64,000 bases of DNA from an uncultured Acidobacteriota bacterium (GCA_963784065.1 CAWAQA010000008.1:127618-191617); one strand, 5' to 3'; numbered from the stretch's first letter, positions 13,083 to 25,501 are shown. Numbers and translations: made by a program. The notes: generated by a model from the letters alone, not told the origin.

Positions 13083-14436
13083 CTACAGCGCCCCGGCGGC
13101 GAGCGCGCGGAGACGATCGATGGCCCCGACCGCTTCGGCGCCGGTGACACCGCGCCCCACTTCGAAGCGATCGCCGTCGAGCATCGGCATGACGCCAGAG
13201 GCCACCGCCACGGAGGCGGCGGGATAGCTCAAGTGACCGGCGCCAAGGTCGCTGAACCGCGGCCGCTCGGTGATCCTGGCGCGAAGCTCGGGCCGGTCGG
13301 CGGCGAGGAGCGACACAAGACGGCTGACCGCGGCGGCGAGGTCCCCGCGACGGAGCGGGGCGCGGGGCTGGAACGTGTGATTCTCGAACGCCTCGATGAC
13401 GCCCGCCTGCGCGGCCTGCGTGACCCAGGGCGGCCGCCCAGTGGCCGCCGATATCCGTGAGGACGACCTGCCGGGGCGGGGCCGCACGAAGCAGCGGCTC
13501 GAGGCGCACGCCGATGAGCGCCGCGAGATCGCCGCGGGTCATCTCCGAGGCGGCAGGAATGGCGCGGAATTCGGCCGGCAGCTTCGCGTCCCGTGCCCTC
13601 TCTGCCACCGCCGCAATCCGGGCGGAGAGCGCGCTGTCCGGCTCGATGTCCACCGCCTTGCGGTACGCGGCCTCGGCGCCGGCGTAGTCCTGCTGCTGCT
13701 CGAGGATTTCACCAATCTGCACGAGCGAGACGGAATCGCCCGGGTCGAGATCCGCCGCGCGCCGGAAATGGTCGAGCGCAATCTGGACATTCCCGTCCTG
13801 CCGTTCGAGCAGGCCGAGCTCCCGATGCAGGAACGCGCTGTCGGGGGTGGCCTTCAGCGCGCCCTCGTAACCGGCGCGAGCCTCGGCGCGACGGCCGGCG
13901 GCCGCGGCCGCCCGCGCCTCGGAAATCACGTCCTGGAGATCGCGGAAGCGCAGGACCTCGACGCGCCGCGCGAGATCGGTGAGCGAGCTGTCCACGGCGA
14001 GCGCGGCTTCGAACGCCGCCAACGCCTCGTTGTCGCGTCCGAGGGCGAGCAGCGTCTGGCCGCGTCCGATCAGCGCGGGCACGTACTGCGGCGCCGCGCC
14101 GAGGGCGGCGTCGAACGCGCTCACGGCGCGGTCGTGCTCCTGGCGCGCCAGCGCCACGTAGCCGGCGCCGGCCTGCGCCGGATAGAGCGAGGGCGACCGC
14201 TTCAACGCCGCCGCAAACTCCCGATCGGCGCCGCCGAGATCGCCGTTCTGCAGGAATCGCCAGCCGGTATCGATCCGTTCCGCCCCGGGAGTACGCCGCA
14301 GTTCCTGTGGCACGGCCGGAAACACGAAATCGGTGTAGCGCGGCACCGATGGGACCGGTGGCACCGTGCGCGAGGCGCAGGCGCCGGCCAGGAGGAGCAG
14401 TCCCACGACGATTGCCAGTCTTGTCTTACACCACAT
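13083..14436 (-). CDS. Lipoprotein with TPR repeats and C-terminal SLH-like domains, frameshift near 13440
   Basis: Lipobox LAGAC, TPR-like helical repeats, 'DIGGHWA...GVI...FQP...RRGDLAA' and 'FSDL...GVM...F...VTGAEA' SLH-like repeats. Confidence 0.75.
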
Positions 14437-15702
14437 CGCTCGCCTCTTCCGCTGCCGGCGTCGTCAGCCGCTCGATGAAACGCCGCGGCACATCGGCCTC
14501 GATGACAACGCGACCGTTGGTCGCCACGTGGCTGACGACCCGGGCCACGCGGTACAGCCGCGACGATCTGCTGACGGTCGAAGTCCTTGTTGCTGTCGAA
14601 CACAATCGTAATCCGGCGCGTGTCGAGCGCAAGGCGCGAAGCCACCATCTGCAGCAATTCGCCGACGCCCTCGCCGGAGGCTCGCGGAAATCAGGGCAGC
14701 GGCGGGGTCGGCGGCACGCAGCCGCCGCCGCTCATCTGGCGTGATCGCATCGACCTTGTTATAGACCTCGATGAAGGGCACATCGGCCGCGCCGACTTCT
14801 TCGAGCACGCGGCGAACGGCGGCGATGTGGCGATCGCGGTCCGGAGTGGCCGCGTCGATGACGTGGAGCGCGAGCTCGGCTTCGGCCACTTCTTCGAGGG
14901 TCGCCCGGAAGGCGGCCACGAGCGCGTGCGGCAGCCGGTCGATGAAGCCGACCGTATCCGAAACGAGCAGCTCCCGGCTGTCCGGCAGCCGCACCTGCCG
15001 CACCAGCGGATCCAGGGTCACGAACAGCGCGTCGGAGGCAACCGCCCGCTCGTTGGTCAGGCGGTTGAACAACGTGGTCTTGCCGGCGTTGGTATAGCCC
15101 ACGAGCGCGACCGTCGGCACCGACTGCTTCTGCCGCCGCTCGCGCAGCTGCGACCGCCGCTGGCGAACCTGGTCGATCTCGCGCTGAATCGCCTGGATCC
15201 GGGCGCGGATCCGGCGGCGATCGGTCTCGAGCTTCGTTTCACCCGGACCGCGCGTGCCGATGCCGCCGCCAAGGCGTGAAAGCGCGGCGCCGGCGCCAAC
15301 CAGGCGAGGCAGCAGGTACTTGAGCTGCGCCAGCTCGACCTGCCACTTGCCTTCGCGGGTGCGTGCACGCCTGGCGAAGATGTCGAGAATCAGCTGCGTG
15401 CGGTCGATGACCTTCCGCTCGAGCTTCTCCTCGAGCTGCCGCAGCTGCGCCGGCGTCAGCTCGTTGTCGAAGATGACGAGCCCGGCGTCCGCTTCAGCGC
15501 ACGCCGCCGCGAGGTTCGCGACCTTGCCGCTGCCGATGAACGTCGCCGGGTCCGGCCGCGATCGCTCCTGCAGCATCCGCAGCACGACCGAGGCGCCGGC
15601 CGCATCGGCGAGGCCGGCGAGCTCGTCCATGGAATGCTCGGCTTCAATGCGGCGCGCGGATCCGCTCACCAGACCGACCAGCGCCGCGCGTTCAACCGCC
15701 AT
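14426..15702 (-). CDS. hflX: GTPase HflX, frameshift near 14670
   Basis: DRTQLILDIFARRARTREGK, GGIGTRGPGETKLE, VGYTNAGKTT, DTVGFI, NKVD. Confidence 0.95.
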
Positions 15703-15717
15703 ACCGCCCTTATCGTA

Positions 15718-16935
15718 CTAGGATTCTTCAACGGCGGGCGGAGGTTCGACCGGAGGATTTGGTTCCACCATGACGCGGCGGACCATGATCGCGAGCATCA
15801 CCAGCACGACGACACCGACGACGAACATCACGCGGATGCTGCGCGCGCCCACCAGCCCGCTCAGGATGGGGCTGACGGCTATTCCGACGAGCGAGGCGCT
15901 CGTGAGAAAGCCGAATGCCGAGCCGTGCACCTCGGGCGGGATCACCGATCCGCCTGCGGTGAACGCCGCCGTCAGCCCGACGCCGCTGCAGATGCCGATG
16001 ACCCCGAGCGTCACCACGAGCAACCATGCGCTGCTCGACAGCATGAAGACGATCAGCGCGACGGCGCTGGCGAGTGCGGCGCCCGCGATCGTCACGCGCG
16101 GCGTCAGGCGGACGAGCAGCCGGCCCGCGACCTGGTTCCCGAGCGCGCCCGCCAGCGCCAGCACCGAGAAGAGCACACCCGCGAGAATCGTGACCTCGTT
16201 TGGCGCGAACCCGAGCTGGTCGAGGTGCAGCGGCAGGATCGGGCCGAAGAGGCGATCGACCACCTGGAACCCGAAGATCACGACCATGAGAAGCAGGAAG
16301 TTCTCGAGCGCGAGGATGTTGCCGAAGGCGACGCGCCCGCTCGTCCGGCCGGCGGAGGTCGATTCGCGCGGCGGCTCCTTGTAAAGCATCGTCATGAGCA
16401 CGAACGCCAGCGCGTAGACGCCAGCCGAGACGAAGAACGTGTTGCGGAGGCCGACGAGCGACGCGAGCAGGCCGCCGAAGACCGGGCCGATCGCCGGGCC
16501 CAGCCGTTGCGCCGTCTGCACCGCGCCGATCGCCTGGGCCATCTGATACCGCGGCGCGGAACGCGCAGCCATCGAGATGGTCAGCGCGCCGTATCCGCCG
16601 ACGAATCCCTGCACGGCGCGAAGCGCGAACAGGTGCCAGGCCTCGGTCACGTACGCCATCGCGCACATCACGACGACGAAGCTGAGCAGGGAGCGCTGGA
16701 CGAGAATCTTGTTGCCGAAACGATCGGCGACGCGCCCCCAGAGGGGTCCGCACAGCGCCGCGACTGCCGGCGTCACGCCCATCGCCAGCCCCGCCCACAA
16801 GGCGATTTCCCCGTCGTCGGTGACGCCGAGCTCGCGGATGTAGAGCGGCAGGAACGGCATCACCAGCGTGAAGCCGATGAAGCCCACGAAGGCGGCGGCG
16901 GTGACCGCGATCTGATTGTTGGACCAGGAGGTCAG
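15718..16935 (-). CDS. MFS transporter (MdtG/DHA1-like); start approximate
   Basis: About 12 hydrophobic segments, 'PFLPLYI', motif [12 protein letters not shown]. Confidence 0.88.
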   Translation of the reverse strand: MTSWSNNQIAVTAAAFVGFIGFTLVMPFLPLYIRELGVTDDGEIALWAGLAMGVTPAVAALCGPLWGRVADRFGNKILVQRSLLSFVVVMCAMAYVTEAWHLFALRAVQGFVGGYGALTISMAARSAPRYQMAQAIGAVQTAQRLGPAIGPVFGGLLASLVGLRNTFFVSAGVYALAFVLMTMLYKEPPRESTSAGRTSGRVAFGNILALENFLLLMVVIFGFQVVDRLFGPILPLHLDQLGFAPNEVTILAGVLFSVLALAGALGNQVAGRLLVRLTPRVTIAGAALASAVALIVFMLSSSAWLLVVTLGVIGICSGVGLTAAFTAGGSVIPPEVHGSAFGFLTSASLVGIAVSPILSGLVGARSIRVMFVVGVVVLVMLAIMVRRVMVEPNPPVEPPPAVEES

Positions 16936-17943
16936 AAGCGTATCTTCGCCGATCCGTCCTTGCCCGGCTGCACGTGGATGCTGTCGATGAAGCGGATGCG
17001 GTGAGGATGCGTCTGCATCACCAGCGACGTCGTCCGGATGCCGTCGCCGAAGAACCGGACGCCCTTCATCAAGGTGCCCTCGGTGACGCCGGTGGCCGCG
17101 AAGACGAGGTTCTCGCCCGAGGCAAGGTCCTTCGACCGGTACACCTTCTTGAAATCCGTGATCCCCATGGCGCGGCAGCGCTGCTCGTGCTCCGGCGTGT
17201 CCGACGACGAGCCGCGCGTAGATCTCGCCGCCGAGGCAGCGCATCGCCGCGGCGGTGAGGACGCCTTCCGGCGCGCCGCCGATACCCATGACGGCGTGCA
17301 CGCCGCTGCCGATGACCGCGGCGGCAATGCCGGCCGAGAGGTCGCCGTCTCCGATCAGGCGGATGCGGGCGCCGGTCGAACGGATCTCGTCGACCAGCTT
17401 CTCGTGACGGGGACGATCCAGGACGATGACGACGAGGTCCTCGACGCGACGTCCCAGCGACTGCGCGATCGCGCGCAGGTTGAAGCGCACCGGCGCGTCG
17501 AGATCGACAACATCGCGCGAGCTCGGCCCGACGACGAGCTTCTCCATGTAGAGGTCGGGCGCGTGCAGCAGTCCGCCGTGCTCGGACGCGGCGAGCACGG
17601 CCAGCGCGTTGGGCGCACCCGTCGCGCACAGGTTGGTGCCCTCGAGCGGATCGACGGCGATATCGACCTCCGGATACTTCCGCCCGTTCGGGACCTTGGC
17701 CGCCATGCCGACCTTCTCGCCGATGTACAGCATCGGCGCTTCATCACGCTCGCCCTCCCCGATCACGATCGTGCCGTCGATCGGCACCGAGTCCATCTCG
17801 TGGCGCATCGCTTCCACCGCCACCTGGTCCGACTTGTGGCGGTCGCCCTGACCCATCGTGTGGGCGCAGGCGATCGCGGCCTGCTCGACGACGCGCAGGA
17901 AGTCGAGCGAGAGATCGGAGTCGACGGCGAGCCCGTTGGCCAT
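16932..17943 (-). CDS. glpX: Class II fructose-1,6-bisphosphatase, frameshift near 17200
   Basis: [53 protein letters not shown]. Confidence 0.95.
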
Positions 17944-17995
17944 GTCGCGCGTGATCGGGCCTTGGCAGAGCCGGTCATGGTCATTGTGTCCCCTT

Positions 17996-19190
17996 CTAGG
18001 CCGGCAGCTCGCACCGTGTCGGCCGGTCGGTCCGGTAGCCGAGCAGGTAGTCCGCCTGCATGATCTTGTGGATTTCGCGCGTTCCCTCGTAGATCACGGC
18101 GCCTTTGCAGTTGCGATAGAAGCGGCCCACCGGGTATTCGTCGGAGTATCCGTTCGCCCCGTGAATCTGGACCGCGTCAGCGGCGGCGCGCTCGGACGCC
18201 ACGGTCGAGAACCACTTGGCGAGGCCGGTCTCGCGCGTGTTGCGGCGGCCTTCGTTCTTGAGCGATCCGGAACGCAGCCACAGGAGGCGGGACGCCTGGT
18301 AGTCCGACTCCATCTGCGCGATCATCTCTTTCACGAGCTGGTACGAGCCGATCTCGTGGCCGAACGTCTTGCGGTCGAGCGCGTATTTCACGCTCGGCAT
18401 CGCGGCACGCGCGAATCAGGCCGGTCGCGCCCGCCGCCACGGTGAAGCGCCCCTGGTCGAGGGCGAACATCGCGATCTTGAAGCCTTCGCCCTCGCGGCC
18501 CACGAGGTTCTCGCGCGGCACCTCGACCTCCTCCATCTTGAAGAAGCCGGTGTTGCCGGCGAGGATGCCCCACTTCTCGGTGAGCGTCCCGCTCGAAAAG
18601 CCCTTGAACGCCCGCTCGACGATGAAGGCGCTCATCCCGGACGGATCGCGCTGCTTCTTCTTCTCGAGGTCCGACCACGCGAACACGAGGAAGTTGTCGG
18701 CGACGTCCCCGAGCGAGATCCACATCTTCTCGCCGGTGAGCAGGTAGCGATCGCCCTTCTTGATCGCGACCGTCTGAATGCCGCGGGCGTCGCTTCCCGC
18801 CGACGGCTCCGTCAGCCCGTAGGTGGCGACCTTCTGCCCCTGCGCCTGCGGCACGAGGTATCGCTGCTTCTGATCCTCGGTGCCCCACGAGAGCAGCGTC
18901 AGGCAGTTGAGCCCCACGTGCACCGACAGGATCACGCGCAGCGAGGTGTCGACATACTCGAGCTCCTCGCTGGCGATGCCGAGCGAGAGGTAGTCCATCC
19001 CGGCGCCGCCGTACTCCGGCGGCACCGAGACGCCAAGCAGTCCCAACGACGCCATCTGCGGCAGGATGCCGCGGTCGAATTTGTGGGCTCGATCGAGCTC
19101 GCGAATGCGTGGCGCCACTTCGCGGCCTGCCCATTCACGCACCGTCCGTTCGAGCAGGAGATGGTCTTCGGAGAGATCAAGGTTCAGCAT
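17996..19190 (-). CDS. Acyl-CoA dehydrogenase, frameshift near 18400
   Basis: [33 protein letters not shown]. Confidence 0.93.
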
Positions 19191-19231
19191 GCGCACAAAC
19201 TTTTGGATGCTACCACAGGGCCGCGCCTCAC

Positions 19232-19324
19232 ACCCCACGGGACACAGGGGCACAAAGACAGAGGAAATTCAGGAATCCTTTGATTCCCGGTGTCTCTGGT
19301 GTCTGTGCCTCTGTGGTTCGCGGG
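19232..19324. repeat. Palindromic intergenic element built from ~8-bp (A/G)CACAGAG-like units, copy 1
   Basis: Imperfect inverted repeat; the 20-mer GTGCCTCTGTGGTTCGCGGG (19305-19324) is identical to 52963-52982. Confidence 0.7.
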
Positions 19325-19336
19325 CCGTGAATGTCC

Positions 19337-20129
19337 TCACGATCGCGAAATCGTCACCGGCGCCCCGCGCGCGAGCTGGAGCCGTTCGGCAGCGCTGCCG
19401 CCGTTGACCGCGATCTCGAGCTGCTCGGTGCTGCCGAAGAGCGCACAGACGGCGCCGGGGTCGGCCTCCGAATACGTCGCCACGACCTTGGCCACCGCGT
19501 GCGTGCCGGCCGTGATCTCAATCGCGCCGGCGACGGAGAACCGGTCGAAGATCCGGCGGTCCACATTGGTGACCAGATTCCCGAATCGATCGACGCGCAG
19601 CACCTCGACCCGACACGCTGGCATCGGACACGACCGGCTCGGGCACGGTCAGCGAGTGCCACCCGGTAAGCGGGCGACCGAGTGCCGCCAGCTCGATGCC
19701 CTTGGCCAGCCACGCGGCAGCGGGCGCGAACCGATCGCGTCCCTCGAACGTGCGGCTGACCGTTGGCCGTGCATAACGGCGCTCGGTGAGCTCCACGACG
19801 CGTTTGGGATGTGCGTCCTTGAACACGAGCGTCAGGACGCCGTTGTCCGGCGCCACGAACCGGTATCCGCCCGCTTCGGCGGCAATGCCATGCCTCGTCG
19901 AACCGACGCCAGGATCGACGACGACGAGAAAGATGGTCCCTGCCGGGAAGTACTTGTACGACGCGGAGAGCTCGAGGGCTCCGGCCAGCACATCGTGCGG
20001 CGGGATATCGTGCGAGATGTCCACCAGCGTCACGTCCGGGCACAGGCTCAGCACCACCCCCTTCATGGCCCCGGCGTAGTGGTCGGAACCGCCGAAGTCT
20101 GTGAGGAGGGCGATGACCGGCCGGGCCAC
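19337..20129 (-). CDS. SAM hydroxide adenosyltransferase / chlorinase-fluorinase family (DUF62), frameshift near 19610
   Basis: LLTDFG, VVDPGVGS, APDNG, TFEGRDRFAP, DRFGN, LEIAVN. Confidence 0.92.
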
Positions 20130-20138
20130 GTCGCGCGC

Positions 20139-20838
20139 CTACCGTTCCGGGGCGGGCACGGCAGGCGACGTGTCAGCCGTGTCGGCGGGCTTGCGGAACA
20201 GCACTTCGCGCAGATTGGTTTTCAGCAGGAATTGTTCGGTGATGCGAAGGGGCTCGAACATCCGCTGGATGTCCCGGTTCAGCACGGGCCGCTGCTTTCC
20301 GCGCGCCGCAGCGTGGGACCGATGCTGCAGCGTGCTCTGATCCACCACGACGTGCTTCGTGTAGGTGGGGGCGGCGCCGGCCGCCGGCTCCGCGGTGGCG
20401 AAGAAGGCGAGCAGCGACCCTTCGGGGCGAAGGATGCGCACCAGTTGCTGCGCCAGCGGGACGGCCGCCGCGCGATCGAGATAGTCGAACACGTCCCAGC
20501 ACAGGATGCCGTCCACGGTGCCGGCGTCCTGCGGGAAGCGCTTGGCGAAGAACGCCGGCAGCTCCTGCACCTTGCCCTCGCGGACATGCCGGTCGATGTC
20601 CTTGTAAATGTCCTCGACGAGAATCTTGCAGCCGAGCTGCTCGCCGAAGAAGGTGACATTCGGTCCGATCGACCGGACCGAGGTCGAGCAGCCGCGGCTG
20701 CTGACGAGAGGACAGGCTGGCGAGGAACTTGGCGAGCGCCTTCGTCGGGTAGACAGGGGAATCCGCCGCGCCGGCGTCGGCGGTTGCGTCGGAATCGGGA
20801 TCCTTGCGGCGGCGGCTGAACAGATCGGAAAGAGCCAC
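20139..20838 (-). CDS. Class I SAM-methyltransferase-like protein, frameshift near 20680
   Basis: LLDLGP motif I-like, DGILCWDVFDYL, ILRPEG motif. Confidence 0.7.
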
Positions 20839-20840
20839 GG

Positions 20841-20916
20841 GCGATTAGCGATTCATGAATCGTGATTCGCGATTCGTGATTGTAGTCACGATTCGCGAAT
20901 CACGAATCACGAATTC
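20841..20916. repeat. Heptamer-unit palindrome (GATTCGY / RCGAATC)
   Basis: ...gtgattcgcgattcgtgatt gt agtcacgattcgcgaatcac... forms a long imperfect hairpin. Confidence 0.7.
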
Positions 20917-20939
20917 CGGCGCGCGCAGGCGCGCGGTCG

Positions 20940-21485
20940 TCAGCGTCCGACCGGCTGAGCCACCTGCTGCACCGGCTGAACCGGCTGTCCGCCGCCCTGG
21001 GACGGCTTCTGCTGCTGACCGGACTGCGCGCCCTTCTTCTGCATGTCCACGGTGCCGCGGAAATGCGCACCTTCCGCAATCGCCACGCGCGGGGAGACGA
21101 TGTCGCCATCGACCGCGCCGCCGTCGCGGATGTCCACCTTCTCGCTCGCGGTCACGTTGCCGTTGACCTCGCCGAGCACGATCACCGACTTGGCGAACAC
21201 CGCAGCCTTGATCTTGCCGTTCGGCCCGATCGTCAGCACGTGGTCCTTCAGCTCGATCTTGCCTTCGACGTGTCCTTCGATCGTCAGATCTTCGCTGCCG
21301 TTCAGTTCACCCTTGATGACGACGGACTTGCCGATATTCACCACGTCCCTCTCGATCTGCCGCCGGACGTCCGTCTGCGGCGCCGCTGGTATGCTGGCCT
21401 GCTGACTCGTAGCTGCCGGCGGCACCGCCGGCGTGGGTGCCGGCTGGCCGCTGGCCGGTTTCACCGCTTCATCACGCTTCCACAT
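20940..21485 (-). CDS. Bactofilin (polymer-forming cytoskeletal protein)
   Basis: IGKSVVIKGELNGSEDLTIEGHVEG...IAEGAHFRGTVDM beta-helix, with disordered termini. Confidence 0.93.
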   Translation of the reverse strand: MWKRDEAVKPASGQPAPTPAVPPAATSQQASIPAAPQTDVRRQIERDVVNIGKSVVIKGELNGSEDLTIEGHVEGKIELKDHVLTIGPNGKIKAAVFAKSVIVLGEVNGNVTASEKVDIRDGGAVDGDIVSPRVAIAEGAHFRGTVDMQKKGAQSGQQQKPSQGGGQPVQPVQQVAQPVGR

Positions 21486-21583
21486 GTCGTGTCCTCCGCC
21501 TCGCAGGGTCTCTGACTAACGCAAGAGCCTTGCGCGCGATCCAAAAACTCGGAACAGCGGGCTGCCGGGGCGGGCGCCCACTG

Positions 21584-21613
21584 AGTATATCGGTCGATTG
21601 AAAAACTTGTCTA
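21584..21613 (-). promoter_or_regulatory. Putative promoter for the bactofilin operon (sigma70-like; overlapping sigma28-like -10)
   Basis: Minus strand TAGACA-N18-TATACT; also TAGA-N15-ACCGATAT. Confidence 0.45.
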
Positions 21614-21671
21614 GTCGTTATACGGCTGAGACTTAGGGGAAGTGTTACGATCGTGAGTCTCGAGAGACTCC

Positions 21672-22839
21672 GTGCAGCGCATCTACTTCGATCACAACGC
21701 GACGACGCCGATCGATCCGGCCGTCATTGAAAAGATGACTGCCGCTCTTCGCGAGGAGTACGGCAACCCCTCGAGCGTCCATCATTTCGGGCAAAGCGCC
21801 AAGGCGGCTCTTGACGAGGCTCGGACGGCGGTCGCGACGCTCATCGGCGGCGAACCGGCCGAGGTTGTGTTCATGAGCGGCGGAACTGAGGGCGACAACT
21901 TCGCGATTCGCGGAGTCGCCGAGGCGCTCGAACCGTCGGGCAAGCGCCACCTCATCGCTTCCGCGATCGAGCATGAAGCCGTGCTCAACACGCTGAAAGC
22001 GCTGGCGAGGCGCGGCTGGCGGACGACGCTCCTTCCGGTCGACCAGACCGGTATTGTCGAGCCCGACCGGCTGCGGGATGCGTTGGCGGACGACACCGCG
22101 CTCGTGTCGGTGATGCACGCGAACAATGAGATCGGCACGATTCAGCCTGTGGCCGAGCTGGCGCGGCTGGCCCACGAGCGTGGGGTCCTGTTCCATACCG
22201 ACGCCGTGCAGTCGGCCGGGAAGATTCCGGTGAACGTGAAGACGCTCGGCGTCGATCTGTTGACCCTCTCGGCTCACAAGTTCTACGGGCCCAAAGGGAT
22301 CGGGCGCCACTGGATCCGTCGCGGGCTGCGGCTGCTGCCCATCCTGACGGGCGGCAAGCACGAGCGCAGCCGCCGGGCCGGCACCGAGAACGTGGCCGGC
22401 ATCGTCGGCATGGGCGTGGCGGCGCAGCAGGCGCGCGCCAAGATGGCGGGCGAAGCGTTGCGGCTCGCGCCACTCCGGGATCGGCTCGAGAATGGGATCG
22501 TGCGCGCAGTGTCCGGGACAGCCGTCAACGGCGTGCGCGCAGCCGCGAGTGCCCAATACGACGAACATCAGCTTCGATCGCGTCGAAGCCGAGTCGCTGC
22601 TGATTGCGCTCGACCTGGCCGGCGTCGCCGTGTCAACCGGGTCCGCCTGCTCGTCCGGCACGCTGGAACCGTCGCACGTGCTCAAGGCGATGGGGTTCCC
22701 CGCGCACCGGACGCAGAACTCAATCCGGTTCAGCCTCGGCGCCGCCAACACGGCCGAGGACGTCGATCGCGTGATTGCCGTCCTGCCGGGTATCGTCGAG
22801 AAACTGAGAAGCCTGACGCGGACACCGGTCCGCGCATGA
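21672..22839 (+). CDS. Cysteine desulfurase (IscS/NifS family), frameshift near 22540
   Basis: YFDHNATT, GNPSS, NNEIG, HTDAVQ, SAHKFYGPKG, STGSACSSG. Confidence 0.93.
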
Positions 22840-22852
22840 CCCAGTACGTGTC

Positions 22853-22881
22853 CGTAGCCCGTAGCCCGTAGCCCGAAGCCC
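22853..22881 (+). repeat. Heptamer tandem repeat (GTAGCCC)n
   Basis: gtagccc gtagccc gtagccc gaagccc directly before the mnmA ATG. Confidence 0.8.
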
Positions 22882-23941
22882 ATGAAGATCGTCGTTGCCA
22901 TGTCGGGAGGCGTCGACTCCTCGGTCGCCGCGGCCCTGCTCGCCGAGCAGGGTCATGACGTCATTGGTCTCTCCATGCAGCTCTACGATCAGCGCGGCGA
23001 GCACACGTTCGGCAGCTGCTGCACCCTCGACGACCTTCACGATGCGCGGCGCGTCGCCCGTGCCGTCGGCTTCCCGCACTACATCGTCAACTTCGAGCAG
23101 CAGTTTCAGGAGACGGTCATCTCCAACTTCGTACGCGAGTATGCCGCGGGGCGGACGCCGCTCCCCTGCGCTCACTGCAACAGCGACCTGAAGTTCTCGA
23201 CGCTGCTGGATCGCGCGCGCGGCCTCGGCGCCGATCACGTGGCCACCGGGCACTATGCGCGTGTGGCCCGGGCGCCCGACGGACGCTGTCGGCTGATGCG
23301 GAGCGCGGATCCGGAGAAGGACCAGTCTTACTTCCTGTTCTCGCTCACGCAGGAGCAGCTTGGCCACGCCGTTTTTCCGGTGGGCGACCTGACCAAGCCC
23401 CAGGTGCGCGACCAGGCTCGCCGGCTTGGCCTGACCGTGGCAGAGAAGCCGGACAGCCAGGAGATCTGTTTCGTGCCGGACGGCGACTACGCCTCGTTTG
23501 TCGCGGCCAGGGCGCCGCAGGTGGCGCGCGCCGGCGCCATCGTGGACGAGGGCGGCCGGATGCTCGGCCACGCATGCGGGCGTGCACCGGTTCACTGTCG
23601 GCCAGCGGAAGGGACTCGGCGTATCCGCGCCCGCCCCGCTGTACGTCTTGAAGATTGAGGCTGACAGCGGGACGGTGACAGTCGGTCCGCGGGGACGTCT
23701 CGAACAGACCACGCTGACGGCATCAGGCGTGAACTGGATCGCGGGCGAGGCCCCCGGCACATGGCTGCACGTCTCTGCACAGATTCGCCATCGGCACCGG
23801 CCCGCGCCGGGACGCGTGCGTGCGCTCGCCGGCGCACGCGCTGAGCTGGCCTTCAACACCCCGCAGCCCGCCATCACTCCCGGCCAGGCGGTCGTCTTCT
23901 ATGACGGAGAGGACGTCGTCGGGGGCGGCTGGATCGAATAG
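22882..23941 (+). CDS. mnmA: tRNA 2-thiouridylase MnmA, frameshift near 23572
   Basis: AMSGGVDSS, TPLPCAHCN, ATGHYAR, KDQSYFL, DSQEICF, TVGQRKG, ITPGQAVVFY. Confidence 0.96.
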
Positions 23942-23978
23942 AGGACCTGAAGTCAGGCCTCACCGCTGCCCGTCTCCC

Positions 23979-24995
23979 CTAGTTGATTGCATAGATGGGT
24001 AACGCCTGTGCCTCGCTCACATACGGGTCGCCGTGCGCCCTCGCAGCGGCATCCGCCATCAGCGCCCGCTGTTGGGATGACCAGCGATACTCACCGCTAA
24101 TCGCGGGAACCTCCAGCAGCGGGGTGTAGAACTTCTCCAGGATTCGATTCTCACGCCAGGCGGCCAGCGTGTCGCCTCTGTCACCGGCCTCGTTTCGTTC
24201 GCGCACGTGCCAGAGTGCCTCCGTCCGGTAGTGATCTTCTCGTGCGAATCTGCTTGTTGCGGGGAAGCCGCTGCGCCATGCGTCAGTCCGCTCCCTGGCC
24301 ATCTGTTGCAGCGTCCCGGCGCTGTGGCGCGAGCGGAAGACGCCGATCTCCGGATCGTGAATCTCGTAGCCCACATGCACCGCGTTGACAAACGCGGCAA
24401 AGAGCGCGAGCACCGCGAGAGCCGCTGCGGCAACCTGCCGGGATGCTCCGCGGCCGAGCGTCAGAGGTCGCCGCGGCGGGTCGAGCGCCACGGCGACGAG
24501 CAGACCGAACGCGACCGCGGCGAGATCAAGCGCCACGTCGTGCGCTTCGCCAACCCGGCTGGCGAGGAACCATTGAAACATCTCGTCGATGATGCCGACG
24601 GTCAGCCCCGCAAGTAACGGAAACACGAGCCGCCGCCCGTCGGAGCAGCCCCGCCATGCTCGATGGAACAGCACCGCCAGGAGCCCGTACTCAACGAAAT
24701 GGAAGGCCTCCACGACGTCGATGTCCGGATCGCCGGTCCGGAACGCGGCCATGTAGCCGGCGGCGCCGGCCAGTGCGAGCGCGAGCATGCCGTACCGGCG
24801 CGTGCGATGTTCCCTGATCCGCGACGCGACCGCGGCGAACCCGCCGGCGATGGCGATCGCCATCAGCGCGCCGACAACGAGCCGGTACCGGCCGGGGAAG
24901 GACGACGCGATGGCGCGTTGGATGTCACCGATGTAAGCGGCGGAGATGATGACGAGGGCGGAGGCGATGAAGGCAACGAAGCCCGCTGTGCTCAC
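23979..24995 (-). CDS. VanZ-like membrane protein with soluble C-terminal domain
   Basis: HFVEYGLL...DEMFQWF..SRVGEAHDV VanZ pattern and several TM helices. Confidence 0.75.
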   Translation of the reverse strand: MSTAGFVAFIASALVIISAAYIGDIQRAIASSFPGRYRLVVGALMAIAIAGGFAAVASRIREHRTRRYGMLALALAGAAGYMAAFRTGDPDIDVVEAFHFVEYGLLAVLFHRAWRGCSDGRRLVFPLLAGLTVGIIDEMFQWFLASRVGEAHDVALDLAAVAFGLLVAVALDPPRRPLTLGRGASRQVAAAALAVLALFAAFVNAVHVGYEIHDPEIGVFRSRHSAGTLQQMARERTDAWRSGFPATSRFAREDHYRTEALWHVRERNEAGDRGDTLAAWRENRILEKFYTPLLEVPAISGEYRWSSQQRALMADAAARAHGDPYVSEAQALPIYAIN

Positions 24996-25022
24996 TGCCG
25001 CCTGCCTTCTGCCCCCTGCCCG

Positions 25023-25501
25023 CTAACCCGGGGCAAGCCGCTTCAGCAGCTGGATCTGACCGGCGTGATAGAGGTCGTGCGCGGCGACGCCGGACAGGAG
25101 CGCGAAGTTGCTGACGGAGCTGCCCCGCGGCGTCGCGGCCAGATCGCGAGACGACAGATCGGCGACTACCTCGCGAAGGGCACGGTGCATCTGTTCCAGG
25201 AGCGCGACATCAGACTTGAGCGCACGGACGCTCACCTCCTGCGGGCGCGGCATCCAGTTGGAGCCCTTGAGCGGAAACGATCCGCGCGTCCCGCCGGTCA
25301 TCCGGCGCAGGCCGATATACTTCCAATACGCGGCGTGGACGATCAGCTCCCAGATATTGTGACGCGCCGGCGCAGGCCGCCACGCCGCACGCTGGGCGAC
25401 AGTCCGCGTATGGAGCCACGCAGGTTGGTGCCATGCCACGACGTCCTGTCGTAGGCAGCGTCCATGATGGCGAGAAGTTGCGAGATCTCCGCGTCGGCCA
25501 C
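25023..25501 (-). CDS. DinB family protein, frameshift near 25400
   Basis: SWHG, HNIWELIVH, HDLYHAGQI His triad; TAGCAT 6 nt before the GTG. Confidence 0.85.

Noticed and set aside
15718..17943. GlpX-MFS fusion (741-aa ORF)
   Set aside because: The GlpX C-terminus is in the 16932-17327 frame; the joining segment is out-of-frame sequence.
19337..20129. Fluorinase/chlorinase for halometabolite synthesis
   Set aside because: Most DUF62 members are SAM hydrolases and there is no biosynthetic cluster context; halogenase activity cannot be supported from the sequence.
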